DNA of 63,604 bases, counting the filler. It is 4 parts of 4 records of this genome, joined end to end, with 100 filler letters (N's around TTAATTAATTAA, not from the genome) between each part and the next. Parts side by side here need not be neighbours in the genome. Positions count along the whole stretch, not along the records: positions 1 to 28,661 come from SRR20825019_1382; 3 more parts are not named here. One strand, written 5' to 3'. Below the pieces are notes generated by a model. The model made no database searches and was not told the DNA's origin. It saw only the letters and a list, made by a program, of their open reading frames with translations. The first letter of the stretch is position 1, and every line of letters starts with the position of its first letter. Positions 14,610 through 24,815 of the stretch are shown here, piece after piece. A program made the translations under genes and the position numbers.

Positions 14610-15122
14610 TCATGATTGCATTTGTGCAGCCTGACGGCGCCGGAGTTCCTGGTTGGCATCGGCCTGGTGCTGCATTTTGAGCCAGGTCAGCAGACGGGAA
14701 GCGGCACTGGCGGCGGAATGCGGGTTGAGCCTGATACTGGGTACGGTTTGCTGCATCAGGGTGGTGGTCTGTTGCTGACCTTCAAGTTTGCTGGGCAGCG
14801 GGTTTGTGTTGAGCTCGACAATATATTGCAATGGCGCGGATTCAACCGTGGCACTGATACCGAACAACTTTTCGATATCAATGGTGCCCAGCTCACGGCT
14901 GTTGAGCAGGCCCTTGAGCATGTTGGGACAATGGCCGAAGAGCTGATTGTCACTGCAACTGACTTCAATGACATCATCGGCAACCAGTTGATGGCCTTGT
15001 GCAATCAGTTCCAGCGCCAGACTGCTTTTGCCGATCCCGGCTTCACCGGTAATCAGCACGCCTTGGCCATGAATACAGACCATAACACCATGACAGGATT
15101 GCGTATCGGGATGTGGAATCAT
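14610..15122 (-). CDS. hprK: HPr kinase/phosphorylase, catalytic domain only
   Basis: HG..V, Walker A GEAGIGKS, LVADD signature; only 170 aa. Confidence 0.85.
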   Translation of the reverse strand: MIPHPDTQSCHGVMVCIHGQGVLITGEAGIGKSSLALELIAQGHQLVADDVIEVSCSDNQLFGHCPNMLKGLLNSRELGTIDIEKLFGISATVESAPLQYIVELNTNPLPSKLEGQQQTTTLMQQTVPSIRLNPHSAASAASRLLTWLKMQHQADANQELRRRQAAQMQS

Positions 15123-15125
15123 GGC

Positions 15126-15587
15126 TTAATCATCATCAATCGACAGTAACAGCTCGAAAATCGCTTCAGCGCTGTCGGCATGACGGATTTTGTCGCAGAT
15201 TTCCGGATCGCGGAACAGGGCAACCAGGCGGGAAAGATGCTGCAGGTGGTGGTCGGTATCTTCTTCCGGTACCAGCAGACCGAAGGCAATATCAATGGGT
15301 TGATTGTCGGCAGATTCGAAGGCGACCGGATTTTCCAGGGTAAGCATGGCGGCGATGGTATGGGTCAGACCGGGCACACGGGCGTGGGGGATTGCCACGC
15401 CCTTGCCCAGTCCGGTACTGCCGAGCCGTTCACGCTCGAGTAAGACCTGGAAGATTTTCTCTGCCGTTGTCGCGGTTGCATTGGCAGCCAGTTTCTGACT
15501 CAGGTTTTCCAGCACTTTTTTCTTGCTGGAAGCCGGGTCGCGATAACTGATGCTGTCAGCGTTAACCAATAAGGCGGCAATGAGCAT
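15126..15587 (-). CDS. ptsN: PTS EIIA-Ntr
   Basis: RERLGSTGLGKGVAIPHAR. Confidence 0.93.
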   Translation of the reverse strand: MLIAALLVNADSISYRDPASSKKKVLENLSQKLAANATATTAEKIFQVLLERERLGSTGLGKGVAIPHARVPGLTHTIAAMLTLENPVAFESADNQPIDIAFGLLVPEEDTDHHLQHLSRLVALFRDPEICDKIRHADSAEAIFELLLSIDDD

Positions 15588-15607
15588 AGAAAGTCCTGTT
15601 AATAGAG

Positions 15608-15934
15608 TTAATTGCTTCTGTGCTTCATATCGGCACCGACCGCCTGGTGGTGATCAGTGATTTTGTCTTTGTGCTTGATGATTTGACGATCCAGCTTGGC
15701 GACCAGGTTTTCAATCGCGCTGTACATGTTTTCGTTTTCATCGGAGGCGAACAAATCAGCGCCACTCACGTGGACTGTGGCTTCTGCTTTCTGGCGCTGT
15801 TTTTCCACAGAAAGAATCACGTGAACATTAGTCATATTATCGAAATGACGAGTCAGTTTTTCGAATTTTTTGTTGACGTGATCACGTAGGCTGTCAGTAA
15901 TGTCGACGTGTTGTCCGCTTAAATTTAATTGCAT
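15608..15934 (-). CDS. hpf: Ribosome hibernation promoting factor
   Basis: MQLNLSGQHVDIT..., MYSAI..L..KLDRQ; downstream of rpoN. Confidence 0.95.
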   Translation of the reverse strand: MQLNLSGQHVDITDSLRDHVNKKFEKLTRHFDNMTNVHVILSVEKQRQKAEATVHVSGADLFASDENENMYSAIENLVAKLDRQIIKHKDKITDHHQAVGADMKHRSN

Positions 15935-15967
15935 AAATAAGACTCCTTTAGAGTGGTGGTGACTGGT

Positions 15968-17422
15968 TCAAACCAGTCGTTTTCGCTCGTTCGATGGCGC
16001 GATGGCCAGCGTCTCGCGATACTTTGCAATCGTCCGGCGAGCGACGTTGATACCCTGATCGCCCAGAATGGCGGCGATCTTACTGTCACTCAACGGTTTG
16101 CGCGGATTTTCGGCCGCGACCAGTTTCTTGATGATAGCGCGGATTGCCGTGGCTGAACATTCACCGCCGGCTTCGGTGCTGACATGGCTGGAAAAGAAAT
16201 ACTTCAACTCGAAAATGCCACGCGGCGTATGCAGGTATTTGCGGGTGGTGACCCGGGAAATAGTGGATTCATGCATTTCCACTGCCTCGGCAATATCGGC
16301 CAGCACCAGTGGTTTCATCGCTTCTTCACCGTGATCGAGAAACTCTTTCTGTCGCTCGACTATCGCTTCGGTAACTTTGAGCAGGGTTTCATTACGGCTT
16401 TGCAGACTTTTCAAAAACCAGCGGGCTTCCTGCAGATTGTTTTTGAGATAGGTATTTTCTGCACTGTTATCGGCGCGGTTGACCAATTGTGCATAGTGTT
16501 CGGCGATCTGCAGGCGTGGTGCGTTGTCGGGGTTGAGCGACAGTTGCCATTTGGCGTTGTGCTTGCGGGCGTAGACATCGGGCACGATGTATTCGGTCTT
16601 ATCAGTCTGGACTTGACTACCGGGCCGCGGGTTAAGCAGTTGAATCGAGCGCACCAGTTCGGTCAACTCGTCATCAGAAACTTTAAGCGCCCGCTTGATT
16701 TGGGCGTAATCACGTTTAGCGAGGGTATCCAGATGTTTATCGACCAATTCGCGCAGCAGATCGATATGCGGGATGCCTGAAGCCTCATAGACACGCAGTT
16801 GGATCAGCAGGCATTCACGGAGATCGCGGGCGGCAACACCGACCGGGTCAAAGTGCTGAATCCGATGCAGGACTGTTTCAATTTCATCCAGCTCCAATTC
16901 CTCAAACTCTTCGCTGAGGCTTTCGTGAATGTCTTCCAGTGTGGTTTTGAGGTAACCGTCATCTTCCACCGAATCGATGATCATGGTGGCAATGGCGGCT
17001 TCAGTTTCTGAAAAAGGGGTCAGTCGCATCTGCCACAGCAAATGCTGTTGCAGGGTGTCGGTGCTTTCATCCTGGTTTTCCCGCTCCATATCACTGTCAC
17101 CCATCGAGCTGCTACCGACAGTGGAGACAGGCTGGTGGTCATACATATCTTCCCACTTGGTATCGACGGGCAGATCTTCAGGGATGTCCTGATTTTCCAG
17201 CTGGCTGATATCGCGACTGGCCTGATCATCGTCACTGCGACTGGCTGCATTCTCGTCGTAGTCATAATCTTCCTCGACTTCCAGCAGCGGATTGGTTTCC
17301 AGCGCTTCCTGGATTTCAGTCTGCAGTTCCAGCGATGACAGTTGCAGTAAGCGGATCGCCTGCTGCAGCTGCGGAGTCATCGACAGACTTTGGCCTACAC
17401 GTAGCTGTAATGAGGGTTTCAC
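15968..17422 (-). CDS. rpoN: RNA polymerase sigma-54
   Basis: TPQLQQAIRLLQL, HESTISR, RpoN box ARRTIAKYRE. Confidence 0.97.
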   Translation of the reverse strand: MKPSLQLRVGQSLSMTPQLQQAIRLLQLSSLELQTEIQEALETNPLLEVEEDYDYDENAASRSDDDQASRDISQLENQDIPEDLPVDTKWEDMYDHQPVSTVGSSSMGDSDMERENQDESTDTLQQHLLWQMRLTPFSETEAAIATMIIDSVEDDGYLKTTLEDIHESLSEEFEELELDEIETVLHRIQHFDPVGVAARDLRECLLIQLRVYEASGIPHIDLLRELVDKHLDTLAKRDYAQIKRALKVSDDELTELVRSIQLLNPRPGSQVQTDKTEYIVPDVYARKHNAKWQLSLNPDNAPRLQIAEHYAQLVNRADNSAENTYLKNNLQEARWFLKSLQSRNETLLKVTEAIVERQKEFLDHGEEAMKPLVLADIAEAVEMHESTISRVTTRKYLHTPRGIFELKYFFSSHVSTEAGGECSATAIRAIIKKLVAAENPRKPLSDSKIAAILGDQGINVARRTIAKYRETLAIAPSNERKRLV

Positions 17423-17464
17423 AAGTGTTTTTGGACTAATGTTGCGACCATGAGTTTATGGTAC

Positions 17465-17480
17465 CGCAAGTCTTATGCCA
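17465..17480 (-). promoter_or_regulatory. Sigma-54 -24/-12 site upstream of rpoN
   Basis: TGGCATAAGACTTGCG versus consensus TGGCAC-N5-TTGC. Confidence 0.65.
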
Positions 17481-17561
17481 TTGCCTACAGGATCACAACA
17501 AAATGTTCTGTGAACTGAAAAACAATCCTATTTGTGTGCCAGTGACAGCGCAGAAATACGA

Positions 17562-18554
17562 TTAAAACACACTGACAGCACTGGCTTTAAAGTTAACCCA
17601 GACCGTATCGCCCAGTTGTAGTGCCAGGTTGTGCAGTGAGGTCGGTGTGATGACGGCATAAAAGGGTTCGCCACAATCTATCATCAGCCGCACTTGCGCG
17701 TTTTCTTCAGCAATCTGCGTCAACCGGCCGGCGAAACTGTTGAGCATACTGGTATGGTGCAGCGGCTGATCAGACACAATTATCTGGCACGGATCGATAG
17801 CGATATGACGGGCGTCGGCATTGACTTCACCGATATGAATCAGCAAATGTCCGGTATTAAATAATTGTTGCTGGCATCGACCGTGATAGAGATTCAGCAG
17901 CGGTGCACTGGTGACACGGCCATTGACCAGATTAATGGAATTGTCAGCAATCGCCATTGCCTGCAGCCGATCATGGGTCGAAAAAATCACGGTCTTGCCG
18001 TCTTGAGCAGCAAACTCGCGAATGCTGGTTTCCAACTGGCGGATATGACGCTGATCGAGATGTGAAAAGGGTTCATCCAACAGTAAAATATCTGGTTCGT
18101 AGACAATAGCGCGAGCGATGGCCGCCCGTTTGAGTTCGCCGCCTGACAGGGTGGCTGCATCCTGATCAGCCTGTGGCATCAGATTGACCAGCGCCAGGGT
18201 TTTTTCTATTAATTCGTCATGCCTGGTGCGCGGGATTTGCTGCAGTCTGAGCGCGAGCTTCAGGTTATCCCGGACCGTGCCACTGAGCATATAAGGCTGC
18301 TGCGTGACATAGCCGATGCGCCGGCGCTGTGCGGCTGTCAGTTTGCTGCCGATGGTTTCCTGTAGCAAGGTAATTTGACCCTGATCAGGGGCTTGAACAA
18401 AAGCCAGACAATTCATCAACGTGGATTTGCCGGCACCATTTTCACCCAATAGTGCGGTACTTTGATTGAGACTCAGGCTCAATGACGGAATATTCAGCAC
18501 GTCACGGCTGTCAAAACGGACCTGGATATCACTGAGTTGGTAGGCCGGCGTCAT
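17562..18554 (-). CDS. tupC: Tungstate/molybdate ABC transporter ATPase with C-terminal TOBE domain
   Basis: GENGAGKST, LSGGE, LLLDEP; TOBE-like tail (FKASAV); follows tupB. Confidence 0.75.
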   Translation of the reverse strand: MTPAYQLSDIQVRFDSRDVLNIPSLSLSLNQSTALLGENGAGKSTLMNCLAFVQAPDQGQITLLQETIGSKLTAAQRRRIGYVTQQPYMLSGTVRDNLKLALRLQQIPRTRHDELIEKTLALVNLMPQADQDAATLSGGELKRAAIARAIVYEPDILLLDEPFSHLDQRHIRQLETSIREFAAQDGKTVIFSTHDRLQAMAIADNSINLVNGRVTSAPLLNLYHGRCQQQLFNTGHLLIHIGEVNADARHIAIDPCQIIVSDQPLHHTSMLNSFAGRLTQIAEENAQVRLMIDCGEPFYAVITPTSLHNLALQLGDTVWVNFKASAVSVF

Positions 18555-19243
18555 GATTTAGCCTTGTTCAGGATCGACAGCAGGAAGTTGAGCAAAAAGG
18601 CAATTAACAGTAACAGCATGCCCAGTGCCAATCCCAGTTCGAATTCGCCCTTGCTGGTTTCCAGAGCGATTGCCGTAGTCATGGTACGGGTGAAACCTTC
18701 GATATTCCCCCCCAGCATCATCGCCGCGCCGACCTCGCCGATAGCACGGCCGAAACCGGTAATCACCCCCGCCAGAATGGCAAAGCGGGTAGTGCGGATC
18801 ACCTGCAGCATCATTGGCAGAGTTCGTGCCCCAAGGCTTCTCAGGGTTGGGATCAGTCTCGGATCGGCGGCGTTCACCGCAGTGACTGTCAGGTTCATCA
18901 TGATCGGAAAAATTAATATCGCCTGGGCGATAATAATGGCGGTGGGCGTATAAAGCAGGCCCCATTCCCCCAGAGGACCGGCGCGGCTGAACAGGCCATA
19001 AAGTAAGAGGCCGATCACCACAGTGGGCATCGCCATCAAAGTATTGAGCAAATGCTGAATCACCGCTTTTCCCTTGAAGCGGTTTAAAGCCATTACCACT
19101 CCGGCCGGAACTGCGAGTAAGGCGGCAATGACTGACGCCGACAGAGATATAAATACCGAGGTGAAGACGATCCGCATGATTTCCGGATCGAGCTGCAATA
19201 TCAAAGCAAAGGCTGCGGCGAAAGAATCAGCAAAATAATCCAT
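18551..19243 (-). CDS. tupB: Tungstate ABC transporter permease
   Basis: FGRAIGEVGAAMMLGGNI.GFTRTMTTAIALETSKG, typical of TupB. Confidence 0.85.
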   Translation of the reverse strand: MDYFADSFAAAFALILQLDPEIMRIVFTSVFISLSASVIAALLAVPAGVVMALNRFKGKAVIQHLLNTLMAMPTVVIGLLLYGLFSRAGPLGEWGLLYTPTAIIIAQAILIFPIMMNLTVTAVNAADPRLIPTLRSLGARTLPMMLQVIRTTRFAILAGVITGFGRAIGEVGAAMMLGGNIEGFTRTMTTAIALETSKGEFELGLALGMLLLLIAFLLNFLLSILNKAKS

Positions 19244-19263
19244 CGCTCAGCGGCCTCTAACGA

Positions 19264-20118
19264 TTATTGATTTATCAGATTGAGACGCTGACAGATGGTC
19301 AGGGTCGGCTCGGTTTTGTTCATGGTATAGAAATGCAGTCCCGGCACATCGAGCTCAATCAGCTGACGAGTGAACTCAGTCAGAAAATCCAGACTAAAGG
19401 CTTTCATTGACTCGGTGTCGTCGTAAAATTCTTCCAGCCGCTTACGCAACCAGCGTGGAATTTCGGCACCGCAACTGGCAGAAAAACGCGCCAGTTGGGC
19501 AAAATTATTGATCGGCATAATGCCCGGAATAATTGGAATATCGATACCTTTCCGGGCACAGCGATCGAGGAAGAAGCGATAAGCATCAATATTATAGAAA
19601 TACTGAGTAATGGCGCTATTGGCACCGGCATCGACCTTGCGCTTGAAATTGTCGAGATCAAATTCGGCGGTCTGCGCCTGTGGATGCACTTCCGGATAGG
19701 CGGCAACTTCGATATCGAAATAATCACCGGTCTCCTTACGGATAAATTCAACCAGTTCGCTGGCATAGCGGAAATCGCCCGGATCGCGCATACCGGATGG
19801 CAGATCGCCACGCAATGCGACAATACGGTGGATGTCGTTCTCGCGGTAAATGTCGAGCATTTCCCGCAGACGATCAGCGTTGGAGCCGACACAGGACAGA
19901 TGTGGCGCGGCATCAATACCGGTCATCGGTTGCTGTTGCTGAATTTCCAGCACCGCCTCCATGGTGTTGTCCTGGGTTGAGCCACCGGCACCGAAGGTCA
20001 CCGAGTAAAACTCGGGCGCAAGCGGGATCAGCGCCTCACGAACGCGGCGCATGTTGGCGACGCCTTTTTCAGTTTTAGGCGGGAAAAACTCACAGCTGAG
20101 CGTCAGATTTTTGGACAT
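19264..20118 (-). CDS. metF: 5,10-methylenetetrahydrofolate reductase
   Basis: EFFPPK, SVTFGAGG, ALRGD, AYPE, HFYTMN. Confidence 0.97.
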   Translation of the reverse strand: MSKNLTLSCEFFPPKTEKGVANMRRVREALIPLAPEFYSVTFGAGGSTQDNTMEAVLEIQQQQPMTGIDAAPHLSCVGSNADRLREMLDIYRENDIHRIVALRGDLPSGMRDPGDFRYASELVEFIRKETGDYFDIEVAAYPEVHPQAQTAEFDLDNFKRKVDAGANSAITQYFYNIDAYRFFLDRCARKGIDIPIIPGIMPINNFAQLARFSASCGAEIPRWLRKRLEEFYDDTESMKAFSLDFLTEFTRQLIELDVPGLHFYTMNKTEPTLTICQRLNLINQ

Positions 20119-20132
20119 ATTTTATTCTTGAA

Positions 20133-20165
20133 TAAAAAAATGGGCTGAAAAAATCAGCCCATTTT
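20133..20165 (-). terminator. Hairpin/terminator between ahcY and metF
   Basis: AAAATGGGCTGA/TCAGCCCATTTT stem followed by a U-run on the minus strand. Confidence 0.65.
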
Positions 20166-20178
20166 AACTGATAAGAGA

Positions 20179-21489
20179 TTAATACCTGTAATGTTCCGGC
20201 TTATACGGTCCTGCCTGCTCCAGACCCAGGTACTTCGCCTGTTGCGGCGTCAACTGAGTCAGGCTGGCACCGATACGGCCCAGATGCAGCTGGGCGACTT
20301 TCTCATCCAGCTTCTTGGGCAGTACATAAACGCGGTTTTCATAGTTGTCACTATGCTGCCACAGTTCGATTTGTGCCATGACCTGGTTGGTAAAGGAGGC
20401 TGACATCACAAAGCTCGGATGGCCAGTCGCACAACCCAGGTTCACCAGGCGGCCCTCTGCCAGCAGAATAATGCGTTTGCTGTCAGGGAAAATAATATGG
20501 TCAACCTGTGGTTTGATGTTTTCCCATTCGTATTGACGCAGGGAAGCAACATCAATTTCAGAATCGAAGTGACCGATATTGCAGACGATGGCTTCGTTTT
20601 TCATCGCTTTCATATGATCATGATTGATGACATCAATGTTGCCGGTGGCGGTAACAAAAATATCACCCATTGCCGCCGCTTCATCCATGGTGACGATGCG
20701 GTAGCCTTCCATGCTGGCCTGCAAGGCACAGATAGGATCGATCTCAGTCACCAGCACGGTCGCCCCCATGCCGCGGAAGGCCTGGGCACAGCCTTTACCG
20801 ACATCGCCATAGCCCAGTACCACACAGATTTTACCGGCAATCATGACGTCAGTGGCACGTTTGATGCCGTCCAGCAGCGATTCACGGCAACCGTAGAGGT
20901 TGTCGAACTTGGACTTGGTAACCGAGTCGTTCACGTTAATGGCTGGCACTTTCAGCGTACCCTGTTTCATCATTTCGTAAAGGCGGTGAACTCCGGTGGT
21001 GGTTTCTTCCGACAGGCCTTTAACCTCGTCCAGCAGTTCCGGGTATTTCTCGTGCATGATGAGGGTCAGATCGCCACCATCGTCCAGAATCATATTCGGA
21101 CGCCAGCCGTTAGGCCCGACAATCGTTTGTTCGATGCACCAGACCGCTTCTTCTTCGGTTTCGCCTTTCCAGGCAAATACCGGAATGCCCTGATCAGCAA
21201 TGGCTGCCGCAGCATGATCCTGGGTTGAGAAAATATTGCACGATGACCAGCGGACTTCAGCGCCCAGCTCGATCAGGGTTTCTATCAGTACCGCGGTCTG
21301 GATGGTCATATGCAGACAGCCGGCGATACGGGCGCCTTTCAGTGGCGCCTGACCGGCATATTCTTCACGTAAAGCCATCAGGCCGGGCATTTCGCTTTCG
21401 GCAATTTTGATTTCCTGATGGCCCCACTTGGCCAGGGAGATATCAGCGACTTTGTAGTCAGGATTGAGGTTTTCGATTGCAGATTCCAT
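20179..21489 (-). CDS. ahcY: Adenosylhomocysteinase
   Basis: [32 protein letters not shown]. Confidence 0.98.
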   Translation of the reverse strand: MESAIENLNPDYKVADISLAKWGHQEIKIAESEMPGLMALREEYAGQAPLKGARIAGCLHMTIQTAVLIETLIELGAEVRWSSCNIFSTQDHAAAAIADQGIPVFAWKGETEEEAVWCIEQTIVGPNGWRPNMILDDGGDLTLIMHEKYPELLDEVKGLSEETTTGVHRLYEMMKQGTLKVPAINVNDSVTKSKFDNLYGCRESLLDGIKRATDVMIAGKICVVLGYGDVGKGCAQAFRGMGATVLVTEIDPICALQASMEGYRIVTMDEAAAMGDIFVTATGNIDVINHDHMKAMKNEAIVCNIGHFDSEIDVASLRQYEWENIKPQVDHIIFPDSKRIILLAEGRLVNLGCATGHPSFVMSASFTNQVMAQIELWQHSDNYENRVYVLPKKLDEKVAQLHLGRIGASLTQLTPQQAKYLGLEQAGPYKPEHYRY

Positions 21490-21502
21490 GATGTTTCCTT
21501 AA

Positions 21503-22666
21503 TTATTTCAGACCGGCGGCGTCGCGTAATACGTCTGCCATATCGGTGTTTTCCCAGCTGAAGCCGGCATCTTCACGGCCGAAATGGCCGTAAGCCGCAG
21601 TTTGCTGGTATATGGGTTTGATGAGGTCGAGCATTTTGATGAGACCGACCGGGCGCAGATCAAAATGTTCCCTGACCAGCAGCTCCAGCCGTTCCTGCGG
21701 AATTTTGCCGGTGCCGAAGGTGTCGACGCTGATTGAAGTTGGCTCGGCAACCCCGATGGCGTAGGAAACCTGAATTTCACAGCGATCGGCCAGACCAGCG
21801 GCGACAATGTTTTTGGCCACATAACGACCAGCATATGCCGCACTGCGATCGACCTTGGATGGATCCTTACCGGAGAATGCACCGCCACCGTGACGCGCCA
21901 TGCCGCCGTAGGTATCAACGATGATCTTACGACCAGTCAGGCCGGCATCACCGACCGGACCGCCGATGATGAACTGACCGGTCGGGTTGATATGAATCTG
22001 GGTTTTTGAAGTCAGCCATTCTTGCGGCAGGACCGGTTTGATGATGTGCTCCATCACCGCTTCACGCAGATCCGCCTGGGAGATTTCCGGGCTGTGCTGG
22101 GTGGAAAGCACCACCGCATCAATGCCGACCGGTTTGCCGTCCTGATAGGCGAAGGTCACCTGACTTTTGGCATCCGGGCGCAGCCAGCTCAATTCACCGC
22201 TTTTGCGGATATGCGCCTGTCTTTTCACCAGACGGTGGGCATAGGTAATTGGCGCCGGCATTAATACATCGGTTTCGTTGCTCGCATAACCGAACATCAG
22301 CCCCTGATCACCGGCCCCCTGATTTTCTTCCGTATCCCGGTCCACACCCATCGCGATATCGGAGGATTGTTTACCGATCAATGACATGACGGCACAGGTC
22401 TGGCCATCGAAACCGACGTCGGAACTGTTGTAGCCGATATCGGTGATGGTCTTACGGACCACGTCTTCCAGATCGACCCAGGCTGACGTGGTGATTTCAC
22501 CGGCGATAATCGCAGCACCGGTTTTAATCAGGGTTTCACAAGCGACCCGGGCTTTGGGATCCTGACGAAGAATCTCGTCCAGGATAGCGTCAGAAATCTG
22601 ATCAGCGACTTTATCCGGATGACCTTCTGACACGGATTCAGAAGTGAAAAGATAGTTACTACTCAT
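21503..22666 (-). CDS. metK: Methionine adenosyltransferase
   Basis: [29 protein letters not shown] 22666 with GAGGAAG RBS. Confidence 0.98.
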   Translation of the reverse strand: MSSNYLFTSESVSEGHPDKVADQISDAILDEILRQDPKARVACETLIKTGAAIIAGEITTSAWVDLEDVVRKTITDIGYNSSDVGFDGQTCAVMSLIGKQSSDIAMGVDRDTEENQGAGDQGLMFGYASNETDVLMPAPITYAHRLVKRQAHIRKSGELSWLRPDAKSQVTFAYQDGKPVGIDAVVLSTQHSPEISQADLREAVMEHIIKPVLPQEWLTSKTQIHINPTGQFIIGGPVGDAGLTGRKIIVDTYGGMARHGGGAFSGKDPSKVDRSAAYAGRYVAKNIVAAGLADRCEIQVSYAIGVAEPTSISVDTFGTGKIPQERLELLVREHFDLRPVGLIKMLDLIKPIYQQTAAYGHFGREDAGFSWENTDMADVLRDAAGLK

Positions 22667-22757
22667 AGCCAGCTTCCTCATTACATTAATTCAAGGTAAT
22701 GATAGTGGTGCCATGAGTCGGGAACAGTGCTCATTACTATCAGTTACCTGTTAATAA

Positions 22758-22827
22758 TGAACGCAGTTAGATGAAACCTGTTGGATAAGCCTAGCAGGGT
22801 GTGCCCTGTTGCAGCGTTCCTTATCCG
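22758..22827 (-). ncRNA. SAH riboswitch
   Basis: Minus strand: GGATAAG/CTTATCC P1, GAACGCTGCAAC core, AGGG-CACA-CCCT stem, GCTAGG, and downstream AAC.GCGTTC pairing with GAACGC (pseudoknot); precedes metK-ahcY-metF. Confidence 0.85.
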
Positions 22828-22898
22828 AAAGTCGACATATTAATCGAAACGGCAGAATTTTCAAGCTTCTAAGTGTAGTTGTCCGGTTTAGCGGAGGT

Positions 22899-23591
22899 TT
22901 AAAGCTGAAGCTGCTGTCCGTTTAGTTTCAACCATGCCCGATGCTGCGTGAAGTTCGGGTCAAACTGTTCAACCAATTGCCAGAAAGCGGGGGAGTGATT
23001 GTGTTGGCGCAAGTGACACAGTTCGTGAATGATGACGTAGTCGATGATTGTGGGAGGCGCCATGATCAATTTCCAGTTGAGCTGTATTTTACCGGACAAC
23101 GTACAACTGCCCCAGCGGGCACGGTAGGTTTTGACTTCGATTATGCTGGGTTTAAAACCGGTCTGCCGTGCCAGTTGTTCACATCGCTCAGTCAGCCAGC
23201 GGTGTGCCTGCTGTTTATACCAGTCCGTGATTTGTCTTTTCAGCGCTGCCTCGCTGGCTTGCTGGCCACGATATTCGACACACAATCTATCATCGCTGAG
23301 TGTCACCTTTTTGCGAGACTGTGATGGATAGAACGCCAGTTGATAGGCGGTTCCCAGATAGAACAGGCGCTCACCATTGACGAACTGTTTGGGGGTAACC
23401 GGTGGGTGAACAGCCAGCTTTTGTTGAATCCAGCTACTCTTCTGGCGCACAAAATATTCGGCCTGCTGCAAGGGTAAGCGCGATGGGATCCGAAGCTTGA
23501 CCTCGCCATCACGAATCGCCAGCGAGAGCGTCTTACGCCGTTTGCTGCGGATGACCTCAACCTCAATACCGTTGCAGTGGATGCTTTTCAT
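22899..23591 (-). CDS. YgjP/SprT-like (DUF45) zinc metallopeptidase family protein
   Basis: RWGSC and HELCH...NHS motifs. Confidence 0.88.
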   Translation of the reverse strand: MKSIHCNGIEVEVIRSKRRKTLSLAIRDGEVKLRIPSRLPLQQAEYFVRQKSSWIQQKLAVHPPVTPKQFVNGERLFYLGTAYQLAFYPSQSRKKVTLSDDRLCVEYRGQQASEAALKRQITDWYKQQAHRWLTERCEQLARQTGFKPSIIEVKTYRARWGSCTLSGKIQLNWKLIMAPPTIIDYVIIHELCHLRQHNHSPAFWQLVEQFDPNFTQHRAWLKLNGQQLQL

Positions 23592-23668
23592 CGTAATATT
23601 GTGCGTAACAGGAAGATTTTTCGCCAGTTATTTGCGAAAATAGCGCGTTTTAATTACGCACTCGGATC

Positions 23669-24652
23669 ATGACAGCAGCCACCGCTTTTCACCCTTCCCG
23701 ACGCCTGTCCGTCGCCCCCATGATGGATTGGACCGATCGCGACTGTCGTTATCTGTTGCGTCTGATTTCAAAGCAGACGCTGCTGTATACGGAAATGGTC
23801 ACCACCGGTGCCTTGATTCACGGCGATCGGGCCCGGTTTCTGGCCCATGATCAGCGTGAATATCCGCTGGCATTACAACTCGGCGGCAGTGAGCCGCAAG
23901 AGCTCGCAGTCTGCGCCCAAATGGGTGAGGACGCCGGCTATGACGAAATCAATCTGAACGTGGGTTGCCCCAGCGACCGCGTGCAGTCCGGTCGCTTTGG
24001 TGCCTGTCTGATGGCAGAACCGGCGCTGGTGGCCGAGGGGGTCGCCGCAATGCAGGCCAAGGTCAATATTCCAGTAACCGTGAAAACCCGTCTCGGTATT
24101 GATGATTTTGACAGTTATGAATTTCTGACGGATTTTATCGATAAGGTTTCAGCTGCCGGTTGTGAAATTTTTATTCTGCACGCTCGTAATGCCTGGTTGA
24201 AAGGTCTGAGTCCCAAGGAAAACCGTGATGTGCCGCCGCTCAACTACGAGCGGGTTTATCAGGTTAAGCAGGACTACCCACATCTGCATATTGATATCAA
24301 TGGCGGTATTCAGACGCTGGATGAAGCCGGACAGCATCTGCAGCATGTCGATGGTGTGATGATGGGCCGCGCGGTGTATCACAACCCCTATCTGCTGGCT
24401 GAGGCCGATGAAACTGTCTTCGGTGAAGCGCAGCCGATATTGCCACGACATGAAGTGATTGAAGTCATGTTGCCCTATATCGAGCAGCGTATGCGGGAGG
24501 GGCGACCATTGAAATCGATCACTCGCCATTTATTGGGCCTGTTCCAGGGGCAGCCCGGTGCTCGCCGTTGGCGCCGGCATTTGAGTGAAAATGCCCATTT
24601 GCCGGGTGCGGGGATTCAGACGCTCAAGGATGCGCTGGCGCTGGTGGGTTAG
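23669..24652 (+). CDS. dusA: tRNA-dihydrouridine synthase A
   Basis: [34 protein letters not shown]. Confidence 0.96.
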   Translation: MTAATAFHPSRRLSVAPMMDWTDRDCRYLLRLISKQTLLYTEMVTTGALIHGDRARFLAHDQREYPLALQLGGSEPQELAVCAQMGEDAGYDEINLNVGCPSDRVQSGRFGACLMAEPALVAEGVAAMQAKVNIPVTVKTRLGIDDFDSYEFLTDFIDKVSAAGCEIFILHARNAWLKGLSPKENRDVPPLNYERVYQVKQDYPHLHIDINGGIQTLDEAGQHLQHVDGVMMGRAVYHNPYLLAEADETVFGEAQPILPRHEVIEVMLPYIEQRMREGRPLKSITRHLLGLFQGQPGARRWRRHLSENAHLPGAGIQTLKDALALVG

Positions 24653-24660
24653 CTTTTTGG

Positions 24661-24790
24661 TTATCCGCAGATTACGCTGATTCCACAGATTATTGAGAAG
24701 CTTACTATTCACTAATCAAGCGCGTGTATGTTGACCTCAGTTTTGAGCCTATTTTCTCTCAATCTGCGTACATCTGCGAAATCTGCGGAT
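24661..24790. repeat. REP-like palindromic element built from ~9-10-nt CGCAGATT units (copy 1)
   Basis: Left arm ATCCGCAGATTACGCTGATTCCACAGATT; inverted right arm AATCTGCGTACATCTGCGAAATCTGCGGAT. Confidence 0.75.
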
Positions 24791-24815
24791 TCATTCATCT
24801 CATACCGCGACTGAA

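Noticed and set aside
14462-14659. 65-aa ORF as a rapZ remnant
   Set aside because: No RapZ motifs; it overlaps hprK and is probably spurious.
24661-24790. CRISPR array
   Set aside because: Units are ~9-10 nt, inverted, with no regular spacers and no cas genes.
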